A stretch of 64,000 nt of DNA from an uncultured Gemmatimonadales bacterium (GCA_963828735.1 CAWHFW010000005.1:1-64000); one strand, 5' to 3'. Counted from the first letter of the stretch, positions 47,578-57,192 are shown. The notes: generated from the letters alone by a model not told the origin. Numbers and translations are program-made.

Positions 47578-48624
47578 TCATCCACGTCGGGCCCGAGTAC
47601 GGGCGAGGCTCCGGAACATCGAGGAGCGCAGCGAGGCGAATTCGGCATAGTCGGCGGGGTGCCGTTGGCGCTGCGCTTCAAGGTACTCACGGGTGAAAAT
47701 CACCACAAGCGCGAGCGCCAGGCCCAGTAAGAGGCCCAAGAACAGGTCCAGCACGAGGTTGCCGTGCTCCGGCTCGGCCGATCCTTCCGGGCGGGTGATG
47801 ACCGTGGTCACGGGGGTGTTCCGGACCTCCTCGATGCGCGCGTTCTCGTAGTTCTGGGCCAGGGAGCTGTAGACCTGCTGGCGCAGGTCCACCCGTCGCT
47901 GGAGCCGGTTGGCCTCGAACATGAGCTGCGGTGATTGCTGGTAGCTGCGGTTGCGCTCGAAGAACCGCTCGAGCTCCTCCTCGCTCGCCTGCATCTCGTT
48001 CTTCGCCTCGGCGAGGCGGCCTTCCACGAACCGGCGCTCGGCCGCGGCGCGGGTCTGCCGGCGGGTCAGGTTGTAGCGGTCCACCAGGTCGAGCATCCGG
48101 CGGTTCACCTGGGTGGCGAGCTCCGGCCACGGCATGTCGACCCGAAGCGTGATGATCCCGGTCTTGAGCGCCACGCTCACGTTGGTGCGATCGCGCAGCT
48201 TCTGCAGGGTCCGCCGCAGCCGGATGTCGGGCGTGTTGCCCTTGGGCTTGAGCAGCTGAACCAGCGTGCCGTGGATGCTGTCACCGTCAGGCGTGCGGAA
48301 CCGGTAGTCGGTATCCGCCACGTCGGTGAGCAGCTCGCGCGAGTCCAGCAGCTCCGCGTAGAAATCGGGTGACTCCGGATTCGCGGGGCCGGCGCCCAGG
48401 GTGAAGCCGAACTGCGCGGCGAGCCCGGCGAGCTGCGGGCCCCGGGTGTCGCTCGTCTGGGGCATGAACTGCGAGGCCGCGAGAAAGCTGTGGCGCGGGA
48501 GCAGGGCGACGACGAGCGCGACGGCCACCGCCACGAGTGGCACGGCGACGGCGACGCGCCATTGGCGCAGGATCGCGTTGATCACTATGAGCGGCGCCCG
48601 ATCGGGCGCGCCAGCGTTGGTCAT
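47578..48624 (-). CDS. Wzz/GNVR-type polysaccharide co-polymerase (no kinase domain)
   Basis: Two TM segments flanking a coiled coil; QVYSSLAQNYENARIEE. Confidence 0.85.
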   Translation of the reverse strand: MTNAGAPDRAPLIVINAILRQWRVAVAVPLVAVAVALVVALLPRHSFLAASQFMPQTSDTRGPQLAGLAAQFGFTLGAGPANPESPDFYAELLDSRELLTDVADTDYRFRTPDGDSIHGTLVQLLKPKGNTPDIRLRRTLQKLRDRTNVSVALKTGIITLRVDMPWPELATQVNRRMLDLVDRYNLTRRQTRAAAERRFVEGRLAEAKNEMQASEEELERFFERNRSYQQSPQLMFEANRLQRRVDLRQQVYSSLAQNYENARIEEVRNTPVTTVITRPEGSAEPEHGNLVLDLFLGLLLGLALALVVIFTREYLEAQRQRHPADYAEFASLRSSMFRSLARTRARRG

Positions 48625-49241
48625 TGCGGTCTACCTCCCACCACGGCGCCAAGCGTTCGAAGGATCAGGGACAGGTCGAACAGGACCGACGACCGGCGCA
48701 CGTACTCGCGCGCCAAGCGGATCTTGTCCGGCAGAATCACCCGCACGTATTCGGCGCCCGGGTCGGCCGCCGCCGCGAGCAGCGCCGACTCATCGCGATA
48801 CTTGAGGCTGGCGAGATCGGTCATCCCCGGCCGGACGGTCAGGATGTCCGCGTAGTCGGCGCGGTAGCGCTCCACGTATTCGGGCACCTCGGGCCGCGGC
48901 CCGACCAGGCTCATGTCACCGGCCAACACGTTGAAGAGTTGCGGCAGCTCGTCCAGCTTGAGCCGCCGGAGCCAGCGGCCCACGCGCGTGACGCGCGGGT
49001 CGGCCCCGATCGAGAGCGGGCCTCCCCGACGCGCGGCATCCTCCACCATCGTCCTGAACTTGATGATCCGGAAGGGGCGGAACCCTCGGCCTACGCGGAC
49101 CTGACGGAAGAACACCGGTCCCGGAGAGTCGAGCGCCACGCTGGCGGCCACGACGGCCAGGAGCGGGCTCAGCACGACCACGCCGAGGCCGGCAAGGGTC
49201 AGGTCCAACGTCCGCTTCGCCAATCCGGCACGTGACGTCAC
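48621..49241 (-). CDS. Priming phosphoglycosyl transferase (PglC/WlbG type)
   Basis: KRTLD, KFRTM, DPRVTRVG, LDELPQLFNVLAGDMSLVGPRP. Confidence 0.95.
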   Translation of the reverse strand: MTSRAGLAKRTLDLTLAGLGVVVLSPLLAVVAASVALDSPGPVFFRQVRVGRGFRPFRIIKFRTMVEDAARRGGPLSIGADPRVTRVGRWLRRLKLDELPQLFNVLAGDMSLVGPRPEVPEYVERYRADYADILTVRPGMTDLASLKYRDESALLAAAADPGAEYVRVILPDKIRLAREYVRRSSVLFDLSLILRTLGAVVGGRPQ

Positions 49242-49251
49242 CTGGGAACTT

Positions 49252-49956
49252 TCATGGCCGACGGAGCACGCCGAGGTAGTGGGTCCGAAGGAAGGGCGCC
49301 GCGGCCAGGGTGCGCGCGAACCACGGCGCCCGCGGCGCCAGGAGACGCGTGAGTGGCGGGGCGAGGGTCGCCCGGGTCAGCGCCACGCGACAGCCGGAGA
49401 ACAAGGCCTCGATCTCGTCCCGGGCCACCCGACGCACGTCGGGATTGTCGGGATTGTCCACCCGGATGTCGTACCAGAGCACGGTGCCTCCCGGGCGAAG
49501 CACCCGCAGCATCTCGGACGCGATCGCGTGGCGGACGCCGTCGTCGAGAATCGAGCTGAGCACCGTGGCCTGCAGCACGAGGTCGAACGTGCCGTCGCCG
49601 TACGGCAGGGCCGTGGCCCCGCACTGAGTCAGCGTCACCCCCGGCGCGCACACGCGGCGCGCCCGGGCAATCCGCTCGGGCAGCAGGTCCACGCCGTGAA
49701 GCCGATCGGGCCGCGCCCCCCATCGGACGAAGTCGAGCAGCCACTGTCCGCTCCCGCAGCCCACTTCGAGAATTGCGCGGTCCCCCAGGGGCAACAGGCC
49801 CTCGCGGCCGAGTAGCGAGAGGACGGCTGCCTCCCGCTCCTGCATCATGTACAGGTGCGCGGGGTTGCTGAACGCGTAGCGGTCTCCGGTCCGTCGGCGG
49901 GCGTACGCCTCGCGTACCCTCGCCTCCTCCGCGCGCTCGGCGTCCGGCGTGGTCAC
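49252..49956 (-). CDS. Class I SAM-dependent methyltransferase
   Basis: GTGA overlap start; LEVGCGSG, FDLV, VLRPGG, WYD. Confidence 0.9.
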   Translation of the reverse strand: MTTPDAERAEEARVREAYARRRTGDRYAFSNPAHLYMMQEREAAVLSLLGREGLLPLGDRAILEVGCGSGQWLLDFVRWGARPDRLHGVDLLPERIARARRVCAPGVTLTQCGATALPYGDGTFDLVLQATVLSSILDDGVRHAIASEMLRVLRPGGTVLWYDIRVDNPDNPDVRRVARDEIEALFSGCRVALTRATLAPPLTRLLAPRAPWFARTLAAAPFLRTHYLGVLRRP

Positions 49957-50996
49957 CGGCTGATCGCCACGTCGGCGAGCGGCGAGACGCGGCGCCCCCG
50001 AAGCCCGAGCGGGATCCCGAACAGATAGCCGAGGCCGTAGGCGCCGTGCATCACCGGAAACACCAGCGGAAGTAGCGCCGCGGCGGGACGACGCGTGCGC
50101 CACCAGGTCGAGAGCGTGGCGGCCAGCAGCCCGACGGCGTAGGCCCCCGCGACCGCGCCCAGCGCCGGCCGACCGACCGTGGGCGCCACCCATGCCAGCA
50201 GCGCGGAGCCGGCCAGCGCCACCAGCAGGCCCGCCGGCACGAGCTGACGCACCGTCGGAATCTGGCCGAGCTTTCGGACCACGAGCGGTTTGTAATAGCC
50301 GTACTGGAAGTACATCCGCGCCAGCTTGCCGAGCGTCCCGCGCGCGAAGTAGTCGATCGCGAGGTCTGGAAGCAACAGTATCCTGCCGCCCGCGCGGATG
50401 ATGCGGCCGTTGAGCTCGTCGTCCTGATTGCGGGCCAGTTCCGGATCGAATACCCCGATCCTGTCGAACAGGGATCGGCGGAAGCAGCCGAACGGCACCG
50501 TGTCGACCCAGGTGGGGCCGTCGGCGCCCGTGCGAAAGCGCGCGTTGCCGACGCCGAACGGATGGGTCATGGCCAGCGCGATGGCCTCGGGCACGGGACC
50601 CGGTGCTCCGGGCAGCGTATGGAACCTGCCGCCCACGTTGTCCGCGCCCGTCGCGAGGAGGGTGTCGACCAGCCGCCGAATGTAGTCCGAGGGGTACTGT
50701 CCATGGGCGTCCATCCGGATGACGATCTCACCCCGCGTCTCGGCGATTCCGGTGTTGAGCGCCGCCGGCGTGACCTTCGACGGGTTGTCCAGCATGCGCA
50801 CCCGCGGCTCCCGCGAGGCGATCTCCAGGATGCGGTCGCGGGTCCCGTCGTCGCTCATGCCGTCCACCACCACGACCTGCAACAGGCCGGCCGGATAGTC
50901 GCAGCGGAGGATGGACCTGAGGCACGCCTCGATGTGGCGCCCCTCGTTGCGGCACGGCACGACGACGCTCACCGTGGGGAGCGCCGCCTCAACCAT
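49953..50996 (-). CDS. GT2 glycosyltransferase (ExoA-like)
   Basis: VVVPCRNE, VDGMSDDGT, RMDAH, RNQDDELN; C-terminal TMs. Confidence 0.92.
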   Translation of the reverse strand: MVEAALPTVSVVVPCRNEGRHIEACLRSILRCDYPAGLLQVVVVDGMSDDGTRDRILEIASREPRVRMLDNPSKVTPAALNTGIAETRGEIVIRMDAHGQYPSDYIRRLVDTLLATGADNVGGRFHTLPGAPGPVPEAIALAMTHPFGVGNARFRTGADGPTWVDTVPFGCFRRSLFDRIGVFDPELARNQDDELNGRIIRAGGRILLLPDLAIDYFARGTLGKLARMYFQYGYYKPLVVRKLGQIPTVRQLVPAGLLVALAGSALLAWVAPTVGRPALGAVAGAYAVGLLAATLSTWWRTRRPAAALLPLVFPVMHGAYGLGYLFGIPLGLRGRRVSPLADVAISR

Positions 50997-52362
50997 CGGA
51001 CCGCCCCGTGACCGGCGCGGGCGTCGTGGCCACGGGCGCCGTGGTGGCCAGGGTATGGAACGCGCGGCGGACGGTCACGTAGGCGGCGGTGAGCCCGACG
51101 GCGGTGGTCCCGAGCATCCCGCTCGCGAACATGCCAAGGAACCCGTTGTGGATGAGATTCGTGGCGCCTTCGACGAGCGAAATGTGCAGATACCACACGA
51201 GCATCAGGATCGGCGTATCCCGCGCCGAGATGAACCGCCGCAGCAACCCCAGCCCGAAGGCGCCGAAGAACAGATAGACGATCACGCTCCGGAGGCCGAA
51301 ATCGGCCCAGGCGTACCCGACCAGGGTGGGCGCGTATACCGTGTCCAGGCGGCTCGAGTAGTTCTCTCGGATGAGGTAGCCGATGTCGCGGAACGGGTGC
51401 TCGGGCTTGCCGGGAAAGACCAGGTGCGGCACCCAGGCGATCAAGGTGTAGGCCAGCACGCGGCCGTGCATGAACAGGTCGGGTGAGGACGACTGCCGGT
51501 CGACCATCGTGGCGTAGCCGGCGTACACGCCGGCGCTTCCGAAGCGCGTCCCGAACGTCGAGAGTGCCTCGGCGGCCAGCTCGGGCCAGTCGGTGCGCAC
51601 GCCGGTCGACGTGCCCGGGAAGAACCGGAGCTGGGTCTTGATGCCGCTCGTCACCACGAGCATCGCCAGGAATGCGGCGACGAGGCGGGGACGCAGCCAT
51701 TGACGCCACGTCGTGGGGTTGAAGGCCACCGCCACGATGAAAAACACCAGGGCACCGCCCACGATGCCGGCCCGCGAGGAGGTCAGGAAGAACGCGAGCG
51801 CGGCCATCAGCACCGCGAGCGCGAACTGCCGGATCGGCCGGTGCTCGTATCCGGCCGACGCGATCGCGCAACCGAACATCGCGAGCTCGGTCCCCCAGTC
51901 CCAGAAGGTGCCGAGCTCGCGCTGCTCCACGTTGTAGGCGTAGATGTTGGCGAAGTATTCGGGAATGCTGTGGATGCCCTGCGAGCCCAGCGCCACCATC
52001 TTCATGCCGACGCCGAACACGAGGAGAAAGGAGCCCGCCCAGCGAAGCTGGCGAGCGTCGTCCTCCGAGAGGACGCGGCGCACCTTGGGCGGATTGGGCG
52101 ACACCACCAGCAGCCCGAGGCCGAAGCAGACGATGCCCAGGAGGTGGACGACTCCAGGCCAGATCCGGAGCGCCACCATGGCCTGGACTTCGGGTGAGCC
52201 GCCGGTGAGGACGAGCGCGATGCAGAGTCCCGCGAAGTCGGTCCCCACCACGACCGCGAGGAGCGCCATCCCGAGCCCCTCGAACGACGTGATACCCCGC
52301 CAGCGCGCGATCGCGATCAGGAGCGCGATGTTCCAGCCGGCGATGACGCTGTAGGCCAGCAC
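50989..52362 (-). CDS. wzy: Wzy-like polysaccharide polymerase
   Basis: ~11 TM segments, SSR motif, large late loop, APTLVGYAWADFG; locus context. Confidence 0.75.
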   Translation of the reverse strand: MLAYSVIAGWNIALLIAIARWRGITSFEGLGMALLAVVVGTDFAGLCIALVLTGGSPEVQAMVALRIWPGVVHLLGIVCFGLGLLVVSPNPPKVRRVLSEDDARQLRWAGSFLLVFGVGMKMVALGSQGIHSIPEYFANIYAYNVEQRELGTFWDWGTELAMFGCAIASAGYEHRPIRQFALAVLMAALAFFLTSSRAGIVGGALVFFIVAVAFNPTTWRQWLRPRLVAAFLAMLVVTSGIKTQLRFFPGTSTGVRTDWPELAAEALSTFGTRFGSAGVYAGYATMVDRQSSSPDLFMHGRVLAYTLIAWVPHLVFPGKPEHPFRDIGYLIRENYSSRLDTVYAPTLVGYAWADFGLRSVIVYLFFGAFGLGLLRRFISARDTPILMLVWYLHISLVEGATNLIHNGFLGMFASGMLGTTAVGLTAAYVTVRRAFHTLATTAPVATTPAPVTGRSDG

Positions 52363-53487
52363 TCAGAGCTCCCGGTACACGTCGTCGATCTCCCGGAACA
52401 CGCGCGCCAGGTCGTACTTCACCGCAGCCTCCCGGGCATTGAACCGCCCCATGCGCTCGCGCAGCGCGGCATCGTCGGCGAGGCGCTCGATCGCCGCGAC
52501 GAGGCCCTCGACCGAGCGGGGCGGGATGACGATTCCGTTCGATTCCCCGACGACCTCCGGGATCGATCCGACCGTGGTCGAAAGGATCGGGAGTCCCGCC
52601 GCCATCCCCTCCAGGATCGCGATCGGCTGCCCCTCCGCGTGGCTCGGCAGCGCGAACACGTCGCTGCCGTGGAGGAGCGCGACGCGCGACGCGTCGTCCA
52701 CCGCCCCGGCCAGGCTTACGTTCGCGAGTCGTCGCTCGGAGACGAGGGCCTGGAAGCGATCGAGCTCCCCGCCTCCGACAAAGATGAACCTGATCTCGGG
52801 CCGGCGCATCTGCAGTCGCTCGGCCGCCTCGAGCAGATCGAAGGTGCCTTTCCGCTCGCCGAGCGTCCCGAGCGCCACCACCCGGACGGTGGTGCCGTCG
52901 GAGTGCGCCCAGCCACCGGGCGGAGCCAACTCGGCGATGCGCACCCCGTTGAAGATGGCGTGGACGGGACGGCGGGTCATGCTGCGCAGCAGGTCGGCCA
53001 GGCCGGGGGACTGGACGATGTGAACGTCGGCCAGGTCGAGCGCTCGGCGCATCGCGGCGCGCACCGCCGTCCCCGAATCACGGTACAGGTCGTCGAACTG
53101 ACCGAGCAGGTGGAAGATGGTTCGGGCGCCGTGGCGGCGGGCGATCCGGATATGCACCGCGTTGCGGAAGAAGCCGTAGCCGGCCGTGGACAGCACGTGG
53201 ACGATGTCCACCGGCTCGCGACGGCAGATCCGGTCGAGCTCGACGAACTTCCGGCCGACGAACTCCAGCACGCGCGCGCTCGCGATGACGCCGTCTCGGC
53301 CCACGAAATTCCAGCCGAACGCCTCGGTGTTGACCTTGGGACGCAGGACCGACGGGACGTTGTCGGCGAGCAGGGTGAGCCGGTGTCGCTGGGCGAGGTC
53401 GGAGGCGAGGAGATCCTGCGCGTAGCGGGCCATGCCGCCCATCGGCGGCGGAGCCGGCCCCACGAGCACGATGCGCCGGGACGTCAG
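52363..53487 (-). CDS. GT4 glycosyltransferase (possible CTG start)
   Basis: IVLVGPAPPPMGGM, RKG, EGQPIAILEGMAAGLP. Confidence 0.9.
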   Translation of the reverse strand: MTSRRIVLVGPAPPPMGGMARYAQDLLASDLAQRHRLTLLADNVPSVLRPKVNTEAFGWNFVGRDGVIASARVLEFVGRKFVELDRICRREPVDIVHVLSTAGYGFFRNAVHIRIARRHGARTIFHLLGQFDDLYRDSGTAVRAAMRRALDLADVHIVQSPGLADLLRSMTRRPVHAIFNGVRIAELAPPGGWAHSDGTTVRVVALGTLGERKGTFDLLEAAERLQMRRPEIRFIFVGGGELDRFQALVSERRLANVSLAGAVDDASRVALLHGSDVFALPSHAEGQPIAILEGMAAGLPILSTTVGSIPEVVGESNGIVIPPRSVEGLVAAIERLADDAALRERMGRFNAREAAVKYDLARVFREIDDVYREL

Positions 53488-54722
53488 GCCCGGAACCGCT
53501 CCGCGACGTCGGCCACGGCGGCGATGACGGACTCGACGTCGTCGTCCGTCATGCGGGAATAGATCGGCAGGGACACCAGTCGGGGATACTCGGACTCGGC
53601 GACGGGGAACTGAGCCGGGGTGTAGCCGTACTTCATCGCGTAGAAGGGCTGGCGGTGCAGCGGGATGAAGTGGACGCTGGTCCCGATCTGACGCTCCTTG
53701 AGCTCCTCGATCACCCGGGCGCGGTCGATCCGCAGGCGCTCCAGGCGGAGGCGGATGGCGTAGAGGTGCCAGGCATGGCCGATCCCCGCCTGCACGACCG
53801 GCGCGTCGACGGCGTCCAACCCGGCGAACGCCGCGTCGTAGCGCGCCGCGATCCGCGCGCGCCCGTCCCGCATCTCGTGCAGCCGCCGGAGCTGGACCCG
53901 GCCGAGCGCGGCCGCCATGTCCGTCAGGTTGTACTTGAACCCGGCATCGGCCACCTCGTAGAACCAGCTCCCGCCGGCGGTGTAGCGCTTCCACGCGTCG
54001 CGCGTGATCCCGTGCAGCGCCATCATCCGCGCTCGCGCTGCCAGCGCGTCGTCGTCGGTCGTGAGCATCCCGCCTTCGCCCGTGGTAAGCGTCTTGGTGG
54101 CGTAGAAGCTGAACGCGCTCGGATACCCCATGGCGCCGACCAGCCGGTCGCCCACCGTGGCCGGGAGCGCATGGGCCGCGTCGTCCACCACGAAGAGGCC
54201 GTACTCCGAGGCGATCGCGCCGAGCCCCGCCATGTCGCACGGGTGGCCGCCGTAGTGGACCGGGATCAGCGCCCGGAGCCGGCCGCCGGTCTCGCGGTGC
54301 GTCCATTGCTCGCCGCGTCGCACATATTCGCGCTCGATGAGGGTGCGCACCGCCCCCGGATCCAGGTTGAGCGTCTCGGGGTCGACGTCCGCGAAGCGGG
54401 TGCGCGCCCCGAGGTACTCCACGACCTCGCCGGTGGCGGTGAAGGTGATCGTGCTCGTGAGCACCTCGTCACCGGGGCCGATGCCGGCCGCCTCGAGAGC
54501 GAGGTGGAGCGCCGCCGTGCACGAGTTCACCGCGACCGCGTGGCGCACGCGCAGGTACGCGGCGAACTCCCCCTCGAAGGCCTGGACCTCGGGCCCGGTC
54601 GTGATCCAGCCCGACCGGAGCACCCGGACCACCGCCTCCACTTCCTCGTCGCCCAGGTCGGGCAGCGCGAACGGGAGAAAGCTGCCGCGCCGCACGAGAG
54701 CGCCCGACGCGGCCACGGTCAC
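53484..54722 (-). CDS. DegT/DnrJ/EryC1/StrS sugar aminotransferase (WlbF/ArnB-like)
   Basis: SGWITTGP, NSCTAALHLAL, DDAAHA, SFYATKTLTTGEGG, GFKYN. Confidence 0.95.
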   Translation of the reverse strand: MTVAASGALVRRGSFLPFALPDLGDEEVEAVVRVLRSGWITTGPEVQAFEGEFAAYLRVRHAVAVNSCTAALHLALEAAGIGPGDEVLTSTITFTATGEVVEYLGARTRFADVDPETLNLDPGAVRTLIEREYVRRGEQWTHRETGGRLRALIPVHYGGHPCDMAGLGAIASEYGLFVVDDAAHALPATVGDRLVGAMGYPSAFSFYATKTLTTGEGGMLTTDDDALAARARMMALHGITRDAWKRYTAGGSWFYEVADAGFKYNLTDMAAALGRVQLRRLHEMRDGRARIAARYDAAFAGLDAVDAPVVQAGIGHAWHLYAIRLRLERLRIDRARVIEELKERQIGTSVHFIPLHRQPFYAMKYGYTPAQFPVAESEYPRLVSLPIYSRMTDDDVESVIAAVADVAERFRA

Positions 54723-55780
54723 ACCTCGAGCGGCAGGGCGACCCGCCGGCCGTCCCGCGCGGAGATGTACGTGGCGATCAGAATCTCCAGCGAGTGCAGG
54801 CCCTCGCGCCCGTCGGTCTCCGGCATGGCCTCGCCGCGGAGGGACTTGATGACGTTGTCGTAGTAGAGTGGATGGCCGAAGCCGTAGACCGAGGTCGTGT
54901 CGTAGCTGGCCTGCTCGACGGACTGGTCGTCCGGGTCCTCGTCGGCGAATACCCAGTGCTCGATCTTGTTTACCGCCATGCCGCCCACGCGCACCGTTCC
55001 CTTCTCCCCGATGATCGTGATCGAGCCCTCGAGGTTCTTCGGGTAGGTCAGCATCGTGACGTTCATGCTGCCGAGCGCGCCCGTCCGCCAGCGGATGCTC
55101 ACGACGCCGGTGTCCTCGACCTGGATGTTGCGGGCGAGCGTCGCGGTATAGGCCTGGACGCTTTCGACCGGACCGATCAGCCAGTCGAGGAGGTCCACGT
55201 AGTGGCTCGCCTGATTCATGAAGGCGCCGCCGTCGAACTCCCAGGTGCCGCGCCAGGGCGCGCTGTCGTAGTAGGCCTGCGGGCGGGTCCAGAACACGTT
55301 GATGTTGACCATGTAGATCCGGCCGAACCGCTTCTTCTCCACCGCCCGCTTCACGAGCTGCAGCGTGGGGTTCCGCCGGTTCTGCTTGACCACGAACAGG
55401 TGAACGCCAGCCTGGTCGCAGGCCTGGACCATGCGCTTGCCATCCCGCCAGTGCGTGGCCATCGGCTTTTCGGTCATCACGTGGCGACCCGTCGCGGCCA
55501 CCTGGATCGCCTGGTCGGCATGGAGGCCGCTCGGAGTGCTCAGGATGATGATGTCGGGGTCGGAGCCGGCGAGCAATGCGTCCAGCGTGCGGAAACCTGG
55601 GGCCCCGGTCCGCGCCTCCGCCGGAGCGAGGGCTTCGGGGTCGATGTCACACACCGCGACCAGTTCGGCGCGCTCCTGGTGCCGCTCGAGGGCCTCGAAG
55701 TGGTTGGCGGAAATGCGGCCACACCCCACGAGGGCGAACCGGATCTTCCGATCCCGCACGAACGGTTTGGTAATGAACAT
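54719..55780 (-). CDS. Gfo/Idh/MocA oxidoreductase, WlbA/WbpB-like UDP-GlcNAcA 3-dehydrogenase
   Basis: VGCGRIS, TPSGLH, TEKPMA, VKQNRRN, WRGTWEFDGGAFMNQASHYVD, VYGFGH. Confidence 0.9.
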   Translation of the reverse strand: MFITKPFVRDRKIRFALVGCGRISANHFEALERHQERAELVAVCDIDPEALAPAEARTGAPGFRTLDALLAGSDPDIIILSTPSGLHADQAIQVAATGRHVMTEKPMATHWRDGKRMVQACDQAGVHLFVVKQNRRNPTLQLVKRAVEKKRFGRIYMVNINVFWTRPQAYYDSAPWRGTWEFDGGAFMNQASHYVDLLDWLIGPVESVQAYTATLARNIQVEDTGVVSIRWRTGALGSMNVTMLTYPKNLEGSITIIGEKGTVRVGGMAVNKIEHWVFADEDPDDQSVEQASYDTTSVYGFGHPLYYDNVIKSLRGEAMPETDGREGLHSLEILIATYISARDGRRVALPLEV

Positions 55781-55881
55781 GGGTGCCAAAGTATAAGCAG
55801 GACCGGTTCCTGCATGAAGTTGCGTGGTCCGGTGCAACAGCCCAAACTGGGGTCTGGCGCAACCGGGGGGGATTTGCCATA

Positions 55882-55899
55882 TTGTGAATAGTTTCACAA
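55882..55899. promoter_or_regulatory. Rex-type operator
   Basis: TTGTGAA-TAGT-TTCACAA, a perfect match to the TTGTGAA-N4-TTCACAA consensus, in an AT-rich divergent intergenic region. Confidence 0.8.
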
Positions 55900-55990
55900 A
55901 CCCTTCGCCCACCGCCCTCCGGTGTGGCCGAGACTTGCGGCGCCTCGCTTCCCGCGGCGGCGCCGCGATCCATTCGAAGGAGAGCGATCC

Positions 55991-57127
55991 ATGGCGACTG
56001 CTGCCACGACCCCGGTGTCCTCGAAGGTCTCCTACCCCGCCGAGGCGGTGAATCGCCTGTTCGCGCCGCCCGAGCGTGAGGTCCCGGCCGACAAGCTGCG
56101 CCGACTGCTTCACGAGGCGCGGGACCAGAAGTCGTTCCTTCATACGGCCGGTGCGTACGACGCCTTCACCGCCGCCATCATGACGACCCTCGGGTTCAAG
56201 ACGCTGTACGGCAGCGGATGGCAGCTGGCCGCGACTAAGAGCCTGTATCCCGACATCGGGATCTACCAGTCGCACCAGATGGTGGAGCTCGTCCTCGAGC
56301 TCAAGAAGGGCATCGAGGGCGCGCGGAACACGCGCTGGTACGACAGCGAGGGCAAGGACCTGATCGACGCGCCGCCCGCGTTCGTGGACATGGAGGCCGG
56401 GTTCGGCGGACCGACCCAGACCTTCACCCTGGCGACCGAGCTCATTCGCGTCGGGGCCGCCGGCGTGCACCTCGAGAACCAGGACCCCTCGAACCGCACC
56501 TGCGGCCACATCGTCAACGTCGGCAAGCAGAAGCGGAACAAGGTGCTGGTCACGCGGCAGCAGTGGCTGGCCAAGCTCAAGGCGATCAAGGCCGCCGCCG
56601 AGGCCACGGGCGTAAATGTCGTCGTCATCGCGCGGACGGACTCGATCGACGGCGCGCTCCCCGATCAGGACTCGGGCGGCGTGAAGATGGCGATCGAAGA
56701 TGCGTGGGAAGCCGCCGAGCTCGGCGTGGACGTGATCTGGCCGGAATTCAACAACACCGAGCTGGAGCAGCCGCACGAATTTTCCGAGGGCGTTCGCAAG
56801 TACTACCCCAACCAGATGCTGGGCTTCAACCTCTCGCCCTCGCTCTACTTCGGAAAGGCCAAGAAAGCCGGCACGCTGATCACCAACCAGCAGCTCGCCG
56901 ACCTTGGCTTCATCCTGCAATTTTCGACGCTGTTCAACTTCCGGACGGCAGGGATGGCGCTCGAGAAGGGACTGCGCAAGTTCCTGAAGAGCGGAATCGA
57001 GGCGCTCGCCGACCTCCAGATCGAGGAGGACGGCCAGGAGATCGCGCCGATCACGAAGATGCACCAGAAGTTTGCAGGGATGAACCGGTGGCTGATCCTG
57101 GAGCAGGTGCTGAGCAACGGGGAATAG
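55991..57127 (+). CDS. Isocitrate lyase-family protein (divergent active-site loop)
   Basis: AAGGAG RBS; SGWQ, YPD, DMEAGFGG, GVHLENQ, RTCGH, IARTD, NLSPS, HQ. Confidence 0.85.
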   Translation: MATAATTPVSSKVSYPAEAVNRLFAPPEREVPADKLRRLLHEARDQKSFLHTAGAYDAFTAAIMTTLGFKTLYGSGWQLAATKSLYPDIGIYQSHQMVELVLELKKGIEGARNTRWYDSEGKDLIDAPPAFVDMEAGFGGPTQTFTLATELIRVGAAGVHLENQDPSNRTCGHIVNVGKQKRNKVLVTRQQWLAKLKAIKAAAEATGVNVVVIARTDSIDGALPDQDSGGVKMAIEDAWEAAELGVDVIWPEFNNTELEQPHEFSEGVRKYYPNQMLGFNLSPSLYFGKAKKAGTLITNQQLADLGFILQFSTLFNFRTAGMALEKGLRKFLKSGIEALADLQIEEDGQEIAPITKMHQKFAGMNRWLILEQVLSNGE

Positions 57128-57147
57128 ACGGGAAGTAAGACCAACGA

Positions 57148-57190
57148 ACGGCGGGCCGTGCGCCACACGCGCACGGCCCGCCGTCTCTTG
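57148..57190. terminator. Strong hairpin between convergent genes (probable terminator)
   Basis: ACGGCGGGCCGTGCGC-CACAC-GCGCACGGCCCGCCGT, 16 bp perfect stem. Confidence 0.75.
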
Positions 57191-57192
57191 TG

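Noticed and set aside
54719..57166. 815-aa fusion ORF
   Set aside because: The N-terminal ~460 aa are the antisense of the ICL-like gene; the real gene starts at 55780
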